From: Clostridiaceae bacterium
GTDB lineage: Bacteria; Bacillota; Clostridia; Saccharofermentanales; UBA5734
Direction: 5' to 3'
Assembly (NCBI GenBank): GCA_034927345.1
Contig: JAYFQE010000012.1
Coordinates: 30,176-94,175, forward strand
DNA: 64,000 nucleotides
Part shown: positions 48,763 through 58,951 of the stretch, piece after piece
Layout: each line of letters begins with the position of its first letter
How positions within the stretch are numbered: the first letter of the stretch is position 1
Made by a program: the position numbers and the translations under genes
The notes under the pieces: model-generated
Told to the model about the DNA's origin: nothing
Databases searched by the model: none
Seen by the model: only the letters and a program-made list of their open reading frames with translations

Positions 48763-50109
48763 TCAGGTTCGATTACGTAAAACCGGTTGGCTGGTCTGAC
48801 CGGCTGCCGGTTCATGATCATTAAAAGCTAAAAGCAAGGTGCCGGCGGCCAGAAAAAAAGAAATAATGTACATCAGCTGGAACATACTATGTTGGAAGAT
48901 CTGGTTTTCCACGACAGGAAGATGACTCATGATGACGCTGCCCAGGGCCGGCCCAACGAGCATGCTCAGGCCGTATGCGGCGCCGTACCAGCCTTCGTAA
49001 ACCGTTCTGTTTTCTTCGGGCATCAGGCTGTACCGGTAATTGACGACAAAGACGTTAAAGCCGCTGTTGCCGATACCGGCGAAAATCGGCGCAAAATATA
49101 GCAGATAGTAGGTGTCTTTGGTTAGAAAACCGTAGATGAGAAACTCGATTATGGCAAACAAACCGGTCAGCTTGAACACGCGCACCAGGCCGATGCGGCT
49201 TTCGAACCGGCTCCAGATCCTGGTGCAGACGATCATAAAAAGATAAGAAATGACATTGATCAGCGAGATGAATTTGTAATCAAAATGCAGATATCGTACC
49301 AGATAAAGCGGGGTAAATGAAGACGACAGGGTCAAGCTGGCATAGAATAAGAAGATAAACAGCATAAACAGACGATATTTGCGGCAGGCCAGAGGCTCGA
49401 AAAAAGCCGCGGCGGTAAAATGGGCTTTAGCGGCAATCTTATGGACCGGCTCGCTGATTTTAGACAGGACAACGGCGTCGCCGAGCGACAAGGCCAGGCT
49501 GACTAAAAAGACAAGAGCAAATCCGGTGTAGGCTTTGCCAAACCAATCCAGAACATAACCCATGGTAATGGTGAAAAGGGTAAAGGAAATTCTCAGCCAG
49601 AACATCCGTTGAAAGATAAACGCGTTGCGCGATTCCTGAGTAAAAGAACTCATCATCCAGACGCTGGAGCCGATACTGTAGATACCCCAGATGACGTTGC
49701 CGATAATCACCATGGCTGTAACCAGATAAAGCGAAGTCTGGTTAAGGCCGAATATCAAAGGTACAAAAATGGTTGCGCAAACCAGTGAACGGGACAAGAC
49801 AAGCATAACCAGAAGAAAGGTTTTCCGGTTTTCCATTCGTTCATAAATAAGGAAAGAAAATAAAGCGGCAATGGAAGCCCAGCTTAACGAATTGTTCAGA
49901 AGGCCGACAACAAAATCCGATCCGCCCAGATAGATCATATAGCCTGAGAGAAAAACGCCGGATGTTAAAACCAGGGCGGCATTGATCAAGACACCGTCGA
50001 TAATAAACAGCAATTTGGTTTTCGATAGCTTTTCCGGACTCCTGGACCGGAAATAAGGTAAAAAAGAGCGGATAAAAACCACCCCCGCATTCCATGATAG
50101 GGTATTCAA
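48763..50109 (-). CDS. MFS transporter
   Basis: About 12 hydrophobic segments, WSRFESRIG motif. Start codon uncertain. Confidence 0.8.
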   Translation of the reverse strand: MNTLSWNAGVVFIRSFLPYFRSRSPEKLSKTKLLFIIDGVLINAALVLTSGVFLSGYMIYLGGSDFVVGLLNNSLSWASIAALFSFLIYERMENRKTFLLVMLVLSRSLVCATIFVPLIFGLNQTSLYLVTAMVIIGNVIWGIYSIGSSVWMMSSFTQESRNAFIFQRMFWLRISFTLFTITMGYVLDWFGKAYTGFALVFLVSLALSLGDAVVLSKISEPVHKIAAKAHFTAAAFFEPLACRKYRLFMLFIFLFYASLTLSSSFTPLYLVRYLHFDYKFISLINVISYLFMIVCTRIWSRFESRIGLVRVFKLTGLFAIIEFLIYGFLTKDTYYLLYFAPIFAGIGNSGFNVFVVNYRYSLMPEENRTVYEGWYGAAYGLSMLVGPALGSVIMSHLPVVENQIFQHSMFQLMYIISFFLAAGTLLLAFNDHEPAAGQTSQPVLRNRT

Positions 50110-50897
50110 GACTGATTGGCAATCAAACGCCGCATATCGCCGTGGATCAGGCCATTTGTCGCCAGGATGCTGTCGGCATGGCTTAAAGCCGGCATAATGC
50201 CGTTCCAGTTGGTGATCTGGCCGCCGGCTTCCTGGAGAATCAAAGCGCCGGCAGCATAATCCCAGGGCTGCAGCTGCATTTCAAAGAATCCGTCCAACCT
50301 TCCGCAGGCGACATAAACGATATCCAGAGCAGCCGATCCGGAACGGCGGATCTCCAGGGATTGAAGGAAAACACGTTCAGCCAGGTCGAAGGTGAAATGG
50401 GCTTTGTCGCGCGCATAAGGCGTCGTGCCAAAACCAACCAGACAGTCCTGCAGCCGGTCATGACGGCTGACCGATATCGGGCGGTCATTCAGCCATGCGC
50501 CCTGACCGGCAACCGCGCTGAAGCATTCGGCGGCATATGGATTCAGAACCAAACCTAACTGCAGCCGGTTATCAGCCAGCAAAGCCAGAGAGACCGCAGA
50601 ATGACGATAATTGCGCATCAGATTGGTTGTGCCGTCGACCGGGTCCAGGATCCAGGTCGGCCGGGCAGACCCATAAGGATTCGTTTTTGATTCTTCCGCA
50701 ATGATGGCATAATCCGGCGTTAAGGCCGTCAGCCGCCCGACGATCAACTGCTGGACGGCCAGATCCATTTCGGTGACATAATTAGCGGCGCTTTTCTCGG
50801 TTATCTGTAATTCATCGCCTTGCCGTCCGATGATCAGACGGCCGGCTTCCAGTACGATTTGACGGACCGGACCTAACAATTCCTGCCAAGTATTCAA
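50106..50897 (-). CDS. suhB: Inositol monophosphatase family protein
   Basis: AEES, WILDPVDGTTN, RRSGSAALD, PWDYAAGALILQEAGG. Confidence 0.9.
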   Translation of the reverse strand: MNTWQELLGPVRQIVLEAGRLIIGRQGDELQITEKSAANYVTEMDLAVQQLIVGRLTALTPDYAIIAEESKTNPYGSARPTWILDPVDGTTNLMRNYRHSAVSLALLADNRLQLGLVLNPYAAECFSAVAGQGAWLNDRPISVSRHDRLQDCLVGFGTTPYARDKAHFTFDLAERVFLQSLEIRRSGSAALDIVYVACGRLDGFFEMQLQPWDYAAGALILQEAGGQITNWNGIMPALSHADSILATNGLIHGDMRRLIANQS

Positions 50898-50924
50898 AGT
50901 AACGCCTCCGGCAACCTTATATTC

Positions 50925-52067
50925 TTATTCAGACTTTATCGCGCACTTATGCATATGCTTATTTTGATACATCAGCATATCCACTTCTTTTTGAAATTCT
51001 TCCACTTTCAAATGCCTATGATAATCATACACCGCATAACCCATACTTACCGATAACGGATAAGGTGTTTCACCTTTTTCATTGAATTCGGCCAGACGGT
51101 TTTGGATACGCTCAATAATCCTTTCCAACTGATCCTTGGTCGAGCTATCCAGAATCAGATAGAATTCGTCGCCGCCAAACCGGGCTATAAAATCATGGGA
51201 CCGAAGACAGCTGTATAAAAGGTTGATAAATATATTTAAGGCCTTATCGCCGGTATCATGACCATAGGTATCGTTGATTTCCTTAAAATTGTCGATATCC
51301 ATCAGGACCGCCGAAAAGGTTTTCGTCTCGGTACTGGCGGCTATTCTGGCTTTCATATAATAATCGAGTTTTTTACGGTTGTTGGTTCCCGTAAGATAAT
51401 CGATGTATAAATTCTGGTTTTGAATATTGAAAAATACGATTAGCAAAGAGATGACAACGCTGTTCAACATGAATGAAATCCCATAGAAGAAGATCTGCAG
51501 CAGCACACAGATGAAAGGCGGAACTGCAAAAAAAACCAGCGAAAAATAATATCGCGGTTCGATGCGTTTGCGATTCATAAGCAGCATAACAAAAGCCGCA
51601 ACGATAATGCCGATGGTTAAGAAGGCGGGAAGCAGAAAGAGCGGCCCGCGATGATAGATATTTCCGCTGTCGATCGTATAGAACCATGCATAACGGAGCG
51701 ACAGAAGCGAGAGAATGCCATTGACGCCGCAAATGGCCGCCAGAACCCACCAGACACGTTTCCCCCTGGCCATGTCGCGAAAGATCTGATAATAGGCATA
51801 AAGAAACCATAAAGCCGGCAGAACGGGGCTTAACATATAAATAAGCAGATTCCCCCAGAAATTGACGTAGGGATAGAATGTTCCCGGCCGGCCGTCAAAA
51901 CGGCTGAACAAATCAACAACCAGAAGAAACGCTGTAATCCACAAAAGCGCCAGATAGAGCTTGTCCTGAATCTGGGTATGATCGATGTGTTTCCTGCCGT
52001 TGACGTAGATAAAGAAGAGAATGATCAGTGAATATACATTCAAAGCTATATTGACCGGCATATTCAA
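50925..52067 (-). CDS. Membrane-bound diguanylate cyclase (multi-TM + GGDEF)
   Basis: About 7 TM segments, DYLTG, DIDNFKEINDTYGH, RxxD I-site (RSHD), RFGGDEF. AAGGAG lies upstream of TTG 52067; start uncertain. Confidence 0.9.
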   Translation of the reverse strand: MNMPVNIALNVYSLIILFFIYVNGRKHIDHTQIQDKLYLALLWITAFLLVVDLFSRFDGRPGTFYPYVNFWGNLLIYMLSPVLPALWFLYAYYQIFRDMARGKRVWWVLAAICGVNGILSLLSLRYAWFYTIDSGNIYHRGPLFLLPAFLTIGIIVAAFVMLLMNRKRIEPRYYFSLVFFAVPPFICVLLQIFFYGISFMLNSVVISLLIVFFNIQNQNLYIDYLTGTNNRKKLDYYMKARIAASTETKTFSAVLMDIDNFKEINDTYGHDTGDKALNIFINLLYSCLRSHDFIARFGGDEFYLILDSSTKDQLERIIERIQNRLAEFNEKGETPYPLSVSMGYAVYDYHRHLKVEEFQKEVDMLMYQNKHMHKCAIKSE

Positions 52068-52317
52068 GGCAATCCACGCTCCTTCACCATAACCCCATAT
52101 CGCAGGATATGATATAAACGTTCCCATTCTATCATGGGTAAGATTGATTTCACAAGAATAAGCAGTAATCCTCAATTAAAGAAACGGTGGTTACCGCGAT
52201 CCGGCCTTGTTTCCCGGATAATGAAAGAAAGCCGGAAACCCGGCCGGAATGAAATTGCCGGCGATCCCGGTTGTTCGGCGCCGGAAGGAGCCGATTAAAA
52301 TAGGGGAGATGATTATC

Positions 52318-52734
52318 ATGAACAAAGTTTATACAACAACCATGAACAATACCGGCGGCAGGAACGGCGGCCGCTCGGTTGACCCGAACGGCCCTTTTGC
52401 CGTCGATATCGCGCCGCCGAAGGAATTAGGCGGCAAGGAATCAACGGCCACCAATCCCGAACAGCTTTTCGCGGCCGGCTACAGCGCCTGCTTCAACAGC
52501 GCGCTGGCCTCGGTGCTGCGAAAAGATAGAATCAACAAGCCCGCCCAGGTTTCGGCAACCGTTCATCTGCTTAAGGATCCTGCTGAAGGATATAGTATTG
52601 CTGTCGACATAACAGCAGCGGTCGAGGGATTTACCCAAGCCGAAAATCAAAAGTACGCTGATCTGGCCCATCAGGTTTGCCCCTATTCAAAAGCGGTCCG
52701 CGGCAATGTGGCGGTGACGGTAACCGGACTATAA
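52318..52734 (+). CDS. ohr: Organic hydroperoxide resistance protein
   Basis: GGRNG, TNPEQLFAAGYSACF, AHQVCPYSKA. Confidence 0.95.
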   Translation: MNKVYTTTMNNTGGRNGGRSVDPNGPFAVDIAPPKELGGKESTATNPEQLFAAGYSACFNSALASVLRKDRINKPAQVSATVHLLKDPAEGYSIAVDITAAVEGFTQAENQKYADLAHQVCPYSKAVRGNVAVTVTGL

Positions 52735-55008
52735 ATGATTGGCAAAGCGGCCTTGCTCGCGATAGACAGCGGGCGTGACGCCGTAAGCCCTTTTAAACAG
52801 GGTAAAAAAGTAAGTCGGATTGGTCAGCCCGACCTGTTCCCCGATCCGCTGCACCGGCAGTTCTGATTCCGTAAGCAGACGGCAGGCAGTTTCCAGGCGC
52901 AGATGGGTCAGGTCATGGGAAAAGGAGACCAATTCGACTTGTTTGTATAGTTTTCGTACATATTCCGGAGACAAATGAACAACATCGGCTACCGTATCGA
53001 TCGACAGGTTCGCTTCATGATAATGGCGGCCGACATAAGCCTTGATCTGCTGGATCACCAGCAGGTGTTTTTGTTCGCCGTGCAGATGGAGGGCGTCCTG
53101 GATACCTTTGCCGATCTCGATGGCCAGCTGCTCCAGCGGCTCGATCATGCCGCCGACCGTATCGGTAACCTGGATTTGATTGACCAGATCTGCCGGGAGC
53201 GGTCTGGCCGTGCCGGCGGCGTCGGCGCAGCGTAAAATAGCGAATATCATCTGGGCGGCATAATGATGCACATTATCGCAGGCAGTTTCTTGTAAAATTT
53301 CAATAAACGATTTTATCGCCGTTTTAATAGCGTCGATATCGGTATTTTGAATAGATTTGATCAGCCCGGTTTCCAAATCATAAGGATATAAGGCGTCGTT
53401 ATTCAAATAGGGCTGGATGTTATCCGGCGTCAGATAACAGCCATGCCCCATAAACAGACGGTATGCGGTCAATTTATCTGTAGCCAGATAAGATTGATGG
53501 ATAGCCGGCAGCTCTTCGATGAACGGGCCGGCCGCTGTGCTGACGGTGGTCTGTAAAAGCTCTTCACAGGCGGCCGACAGCCGTGCGGCTTGTTCTGTAA
53601 AATCATAAGCTTGCGGCAGGCAGCATAAGGCCGCTACCCGGTCATCGTCAATCGATGTGCTGGCACAGCAGCAATGAGCGGAAAAAAGTTCATTTACCAT
53701 ATTGGCCAGACAGTACTGGTTGAGCAGGACAAGGTCTGGCGAGCGGTGCCGCAGGGATTCAGCATTGTCAAAGCAAAAGATTAAAACCTGATAATAAGCG
53801 GCTTGAAATTTATGCGTTAACCGGGCGCGCATCTCATCATCAAGCTGGGTATTGCGCACACCTTGAAATAACTCTCGTAAAAAGTAATCCTGGCATTGCA
53901 TTTCATGGTTGTTCTGATACCAGATGTTGCTGGAAACTGTACGGGAAAGCGTTTCGATATCGTTGGAGGCGGCCGGTACGCCGCCCAGGCGATCGAGCAT
54001 GCGGCGAAATGGATTGTAGATGCCGCAGGCCAGAATCAAATAGATGACCAGCGCCAGCACAAAGGCTATGGCGGTCGTTCCCAGAATAATATTGCGTGTT
54101 TGCCGCAGACCGCCGACCACGCTGTCATACGGCCTGATGCTGATAAAGTACCAGTCATAAACCGATGAACGGGTATAAGCGACAAGACACATGCGGCCGT
54201 CGATTTTTTCGGTCGTATAGCCTTCCTGGTTTTGGATTTCCGACGATTCATCAAAAAAGCGGCCGACATAGTCCTGGTCCGACAGGTCTTGTAAAAACCG
54301 GCTGTGGTCATTATGGGCCAAAACAATATTTTGCTTGTTGATCAGCATGGTTTGTGAAAGCGGATCGGTTACACTATAACCAATGATGTTCTTTTCAATA
54401 TAGGAAACATCGAGGTCGAGAATAACCATGGCTTGTGTGCGGATAAATGTTTGCGGCCGGAAAATGAAGGAAAGGACTTGATAAGTCTGCGGGGTGGTTT
54501 CCTTAGTCAGCGTAATCTGCCGCGGCAGTAAACGGAAATGATCATAAGCCAGATCCTGGTACAATTGTCTGGCTTCTTCCGCCATGAGCGGCTGTTCCGA
54601 TATAACCGGCCGTTGTGTGTTGAAATAGACATTAGCCTGTGCATTGTACAGTTCAATGGCGTGTATGAACGGATATACGCTCATCAAACGCTTGAGCACC
54701 AGCGCCGCCCGGTAAGTCAGCGCTTTGTCTTCTTTTCGGGCATAGACAAAATTCTGCAGATCCAGCTCGACTAAAAGTTGGGACTGGACAATACTCATCT
54801 GTTCAAAAAGCGTATCGGCCGCCGAAGCGGTTTGTTTTAAGGAAAGCAGTGAATTTGTGCCGATATGGTCAAGGACAATACCGGACATCAGCGAATAAAG
54901 TGAAAGACAGATAATTAAGGATGTGATCAGAGACACAAGCAAATAAGCCAGGATCACCCGGTTTCTAAACTTGTAGCGGTTGAACCAGGGCATAAAATGA
55001 CGAAGCAT
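52729..55008 (-). CDS. Membrane-anchored AraC family regulator with extracellular Cache-like domain (YesS/YtdP-like)
   Basis: Two TM helices; C-terminal VGLTNPTYFFTLFKRAYGVTPAVYR. Divergent from the ABC operon. Confidence 0.85.
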   Translation of the reverse strand: MLRHFMPWFNRYKFRNRVILAYLLVSLITSLIICLSLYSLMSGIVLDHIGTNSLLSLKQTASAADTLFEQMSIVQSQLLVELDLQNFVYARKEDKALTYRAALVLKRLMSVYPFIHAIELYNAQANVYFNTQRPVISEQPLMAEEARQLYQDLAYDHFRLLPRQITLTKETTPQTYQVLSFIFRPQTFIRTQAMVILDLDVSYIEKNIIGYSVTDPLSQTMLINKQNIVLAHNDHSRFLQDLSDQDYVGRFFDESSEIQNQEGYTTEKIDGRMCLVAYTRSSVYDWYFISIRPYDSVVGGLRQTRNIILGTTAIAFVLALVIYLILACGIYNPFRRMLDRLGGVPAASNDIETLSRTVSSNIWYQNNHEMQCQDYFLRELFQGVRNTQLDDEMRARLTHKFQAAYYQVLIFCFDNAESLRHRSPDLVLLNQYCLANMVNELFSAHCCCASTSIDDDRVAALCCLPQAYDFTEQAARLSAACEELLQTTVSTAAGPFIEELPAIHQSYLATDKLTAYRLFMGHGCYLTPDNIQPYLNNDALYPYDLETGLIKSIQNTDIDAIKTAIKSFIEILQETACDNVHHYAAQMIFAILRCADAAGTARPLPADLVNQIQVTDTVGGMIEPLEQLAIEIGKGIQDALHLHGEQKHLLVIQQIKAYVGRHYHEANLSIDTVADVVHLSPEYVRKLYKQVELVSFSHDLTHLRLETACRLLTESELPVQRIGEQVGLTNPTYFFTLFKRAYGVTPAVYREQGRFANHL

Positions 55009-55295
55009 AGGATCTCCTTCCAGCCAACAGATAACCCATGCCGCAAACGATTTATTGGATGCTGTAGCTTCATTATAAAATCAGCGGCCGCAACTGGCAA
55101 CTGTAAAAAACGGATTTCATCAGCAGGGCCGGATATCCGGATTTTACAGTCAAATTTACGGATTGAATAAGCTAAATATCCGCATAATGAATAAAAAGAA
55201 CTAAATATGAAGTTGATCATTTGTGCAGAATGACCTAAGATGAAGCTGTGAGCAAAGGCTGGTATTCAAGAAATCAGGAAGGTGGCTGAGGCTGG

Positions 55296-56273
55296 ATGGC
55301 GACCGGAGATCGACTTGCGCTTGAAACGACCGGACATCGGAAACATCAGAATCAGAAAAAGTATAGTTTGTGGCAGGATGTCGCCCGCAATCCGATTTCC
55401 TATCTGATGGGATTGCCGGTCATTTTGTATACCCTGATCTTTGGGTATTTTACTTATCCTTACATTATCATGGCTTTTCAAAAATTCAATTATGTAACCG
55501 GTTTGCTGCACAGCCCTTTTGTCGGCTTTAAAAACTTCGAGTTCTTTTTTAAATCAACACAATTGCTGCATATTACCTTGAATACACTTAAATTGAATCT
55601 TCTTTTCATCGGCTTTGGCACCGTGGCTTCGGTTATCCTGGCCCTGATGTTCAATGAGCTGCGCAGCAAGGCTTTTATCCGGGTGACGCAATCGCTCTCT
55701 TTGTTTCCCAATTATTTGTCCTGGGTTGTGGTCAGCTATATGATCTATTCGATTTTTGCTTCGGATTACGGGTTGCTGAATACTATTTTAAAATCGCTGG
55801 GCTTGCAGAAGGTCCTCTGGTATAACGACGCCCGTTACTGGCCGACGATTTTGACCGTTATGAATGTCTGGAAAAGCGCCGGCATGAACGCTGTCATTTA
55901 TATCGCCACGATAACCGGCATCGACAGTACTTTTTACGAATCGGCAGCTCTGGATGGCGCCAATCGCTGGCAAATGTGCAAAAGCATCACCTTGCCCCTG
56001 ATGATGCCGACGGTGGCGATCCTGACCTTGCTGGCGATCGGACGCATCATGTTCGGCGATTTCGGCATGCTGTATGCGATCATCGGCGACAACGGCATCC
56101 TTTACGCGACGACCGATGTGATCGACACATACGTCTACCGGGCGCTCCGGAAAATCGGCGATCCGTCCAACGCTATGGCGGTCAGTCTGTTCCAGTCGCT
56201 GGTCGGATTTGTCATGGTTTACGGTTCCAATGCTTTGGTGCGGCGTTATGAAAAAGGAGCGGCCTTGTTTTAG
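55296..56273 (+). CDS. Carbohydrate ABC transporter permease (LplB-like)
   Basis: GFKNFEFFF, YESAALDGA, TDVIDTYVYR. Confidence 0.93.
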   Translation: MATGDRLALETTGHRKHQNQKKYSLWQDVARNPISYLMGLPVILYTLIFGYFTYPYIIMAFQKFNYVTGLLHSPFVGFKNFEFFFKSTQLLHITLNTLKLNLLFIGFGTVASVILALMFNELRSKAFIRVTQSLSLFPNYLSWVVVSYMIYSIFASDYGLLNTILKSLGLQKVLWYNDARYWPTILTVMNVWKSAGMNAVIYIATITGIDSTFYESAALDGANRWQMCKSITLPLMMPTVAILTLLAIGRIMFGDFGMLYAIIGDNGILYATTDVIDTYVYRALRKIGDPSNAMAVSLFQSLVGFVMVYGSNALVRRYEKGAALF

Positions 56274-56288
56274 GAGGAGGACGAGATC

Positions 56289-57179
56289 ATGAAGCATTTG
56301 AAAAGGCGGTTTACTCCGGCCAATTTGTTCATCAGCGCCGTGATTTTGTTCTTTGCGCTTTTTTGCATCATGCCGATGGTTCTGACCTTTATGGTGTCGA
56401 TTACCGATGAGGACATGGTTCATCGATACGGTTACAGCTTCTTCCCGAAAAAGCTGACGCTGTATGCCTATCAGCTGATCTTTGTCCGCGGTTCCCTGGT
56501 AACCCGCGCTTATGTCGTTTCGATAACGACGACGGTAGTCGGAACGCTGCTGGCTGTCGTCACAACCATGATGGGCGCCTATCTGCTGGCCAACAAAAAT
56601 GTACATTACCGCAATCAACTGTCGTTGTTTTTCTTTGTCACGATGGTGTTCAGCACCGGTATTGTTCCCTGGTATTTCATGTGCCGGACCCTGGGGCTGG
56701 TTAATAATTTCTGGGCGCTGATCATTCCCTCGCTGGTGTTTTCGCCGTTCAATCTGTTTTTAGTCCGCAATTTCATGGCGACGATCCCGGACGAGTTGCG
56801 TGAATGCGCCACCATCGACGGCGCCAACGACGGCACGATCGCCTTCAGGATCTACCTGCCGCTCTGCACGCCGGTTATGGCGACCGTCGCCCTGTTTTAC
56901 GGCCTCGGCTACTGGAACAACTGGTTCAACGCCATCATGCTGGTCGAAGATAGGAATCTATATCCTCTGCAATACATCCTGATGCAGATTCAGTCCCAGA
57001 TGCGCTTGATAACCGAACTGCAGCGATCATACGGCCAGAATATTTCGAAAATCACACCGCCGACCGAAACAGCCAAAATGGCTACGGCTATTATTACCAT
57101 TGGCCCGATCATTTTCTTATACCCGTTTCTGCAGCGCTATTTTGTCAAAGGCTTGATTATCGGTTCAGTCAAAGGATAA
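56289..57179 (+). CDS. Carbohydrate ABC transporter permease (LplC-like)
   Basis: ECATIDGA, WNNWF, YPFLQRYFVKGLIIGSVKG. Confidence 0.93.
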   Translation: MKHLKRRFTPANLFISAVILFFALFCIMPMVLTFMVSITDEDMVHRYGYSFFPKKLTLYAYQLIFVRGSLVTRAYVVSITTTVVGTLLAVVTTMMGAYLLANKNVHYRNQLSLFFFVTMVFSTGIVPWYFMCRTLGLVNNFWALIIPSLVFSPFNLFLVRNFMATIPDELRECATIDGANDGTIAFRIYLPLCTPVMATVALFYGLGYWNNWFNAIMLVEDRNLYPLQYILMQIQSQMRLITELQRSYGQNISKITPPTETAKMATAIITIGPIIFLYPFLQRYFVKGLIIGSVKG

Positions 57180-57222
57180 CAAGATCTGATTTGGATCTTG
57201 CAAATAAAAAAGGAGGATGACT

Positions 57223-58806
57223 ATGAAAAGAATTTCTATTCTGCTGCTTGTTCTGCTCCTGTTGTTCAGCCTTGTCGCCTGCCAGAGCACGAGCACTTCC
57301 ACGACGGCGACATCAGGCACGACTAAAAAAAGCGAGACCAGCGCGACAACCAAGGAGAGCGGAACGACGACCACCGCATCAACCGAAGTGATTACCATGA
57401 AATATGTTATACCGGGCGATCTGATGCCTGACGAGAGCAAGGTCATGGATCTGATCAACCAGAAGCTTCTGACCGACGGAGTCGGCATCAAACTGGTGCG
57501 CGAAGGCATCCCCTGGGACGTTTGGGCGGACAAAGTCAATTTGAAATTCACCAGCGGCGAAGAATTTGACATGTTCCATATTATGCAGGACTGGATTCCC
57601 TATAATAACTATTACAGCCGCGGCGCTCTCGTCGACGTGACCGACCTGATCGACGAATATGGGCCGGTTGTCAAAGAAAAAGTTCCGGAAGCCATGTGGG
57701 AAGGCTCGAAAATAGGCGGCCGCAACTACATCATCCCAACCTTCTGGATTGAGCTGGCCGTAGACACCAATATGTTCTACCGCGCGGATGTTTTCGAGAA
57801 ATATAACCTGGAAATCCCGAAGACGGCAGAAGACATTCTGGACTGCTTCCGGACTGTCCGGGCCGACTGGGACGGCGTCAACCTGCCGATCCTCAATTTC
57901 TCGCAAGCCACTTATGACGCCGCGGTATTGCAGCTGTCGCCGACTCTGCACCGCCTCTACGACACCTATCCTTTTATTGTCAAAGATCAGTTCTTCCAGA
58001 TCTTCCAGGACGGGACGGTCAAGTCCTGGTTTGAGTCGGCAGAATTCAAGCAGGACTGCGCCTTTATGAACGAAGCCTACAAAGATGGCATCATTCAGCC
58101 GGATATCCTTTCTGTTAATTTTGACTGGTACAACAACTATATGGCTAACGGCGACGCTTTCCTCTGGCAGTTCCCGACCCTGACGCAAGCGCAGAAGAAC
58201 AATCCGGATGTCACGGCCGACGACCTGAAATCTTTCCGTTTTGCCGAAGACAAGCCGGCTATCCGCAATTGGGGCATTAAAAACTGCAATGGCATTTCCG
58301 TGACTTCCAAGCATCCGGAGAGCGCCATCAAATTTATCAACTGGCTGTGGAGTGATCAGGATAACTATGATCTGTACATGTACGGTATCGAAGGCACCCA
58401 CTGGAAACGCGATCCGAATAATGAACGGGGCATGGTCAGCATTCTGGACGCTACGACGAACCAGAACAATTATCAGACCGGCGATGACTGGAAGGTCGGC
58501 TATATCAGCATGGTCCGTTACGATACGACCGGATTTAAAGCGTATAACGATATTGCTTATGTCGAAGATAAAAAAGCTGAAAATTCGGTTGCCGGCGCTT
58601 TCTTCTTTGACGCGACATCCATCGCCACAGAATACGCCAATGTTCAGGCAGAAGCCGCATCGGTCCTGACGCCGATTGTCATGGGCGTTCAAGCCTATGC
58701 CGATTATTATGACGCCGCCATCAGCCGGATGAAAGCCGCTGGCCTGGACAAGCTGGTTACGGAATATCAGAAACAACTGACTGCATTTATCGCTGCCCAG
58801 AAATAA
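57223..58806 (+). CDS. ABC substrate-binding lipoprotein
   Basis: AAGGAGG RBS, lipobox LVAC, Thr-rich linker, YGIEGTHW, MKAAGLDKLVTEYQKQL. Confidence 0.9.
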   Translation: MKRISILLLVLLLLFSLVACQSTSTSTTATSGTTKKSETSATTKESGTTTTASTEVITMKYVIPGDLMPDESKVMDLINQKLLTDGVGIKLVREGIPWDVWADKVNLKFTSGEEFDMFHIMQDWIPYNNYYSRGALVDVTDLIDEYGPVVKEKVPEAMWEGSKIGGRNYIIPTFWIELAVDTNMFYRADVFEKYNLEIPKTAEDILDCFRTVRADWDGVNLPILNFSQATYDAAVLQLSPTLHRLYDTYPFIVKDQFFQIFQDGTVKSWFESAEFKQDCAFMNEAYKDGIIQPDILSVNFDWYNNYMANGDAFLWQFPTLTQAQKNNPDVTADDLKSFRFAEDKPAIRNWGIKNCNGISVTSKHPESAIKFINWLWSDQDNYDLYMYGIEGTHWKRDPNNERGMVSILDATTNQNNYQTGDDWKVGYISMVRYDTTGFKAYNDIAYVEDKKAENSVAGAFFFDATSIATEYANVQAEAASVLTPIVMGVQAYADYYDAAISRMKAAGLDKLVTEYQKQLTAFIAAQK

Positions 58807-58951
58807 AAGGTTGACGGATCTTATGGGCGGGTCTCCAGCCATTTCCCGCTCCGGATCCGTATCGCGATTTCAACCGTGGCCGGGCCGCAGCAGCCATTCT
58901 GTTGCGGCCTTTGGCCGCAGTTGAATCCGGCGCCGCCAAGATGAGCGAGGC

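Noticed and set aside
52176-52317. CCGG-rich structured region between the diguanylate cyclase and ohr, considered as a c-di-GMP riboswitch or repeat
   Set aside because: No GEMM consensus (GGCAAAC...GAAA...GACGCAAAG) and no regular repeat unit.
7653-58806. No ATPase gene in any of the three ABC operons
   Set aside because: This is normal for CUT1 sugar importers in Bacillota, which share an MsmX/MsmK-type ATPase encoded elsewhere.
57379-58842. 487-aa antisense ORF spanning the SBP gene
   Set aside because: It is a shadow of the SBP reading frame with no recognisable motifs. Scarcity of TTA/CTA/TCA codons in the real gene explains the missing stops.
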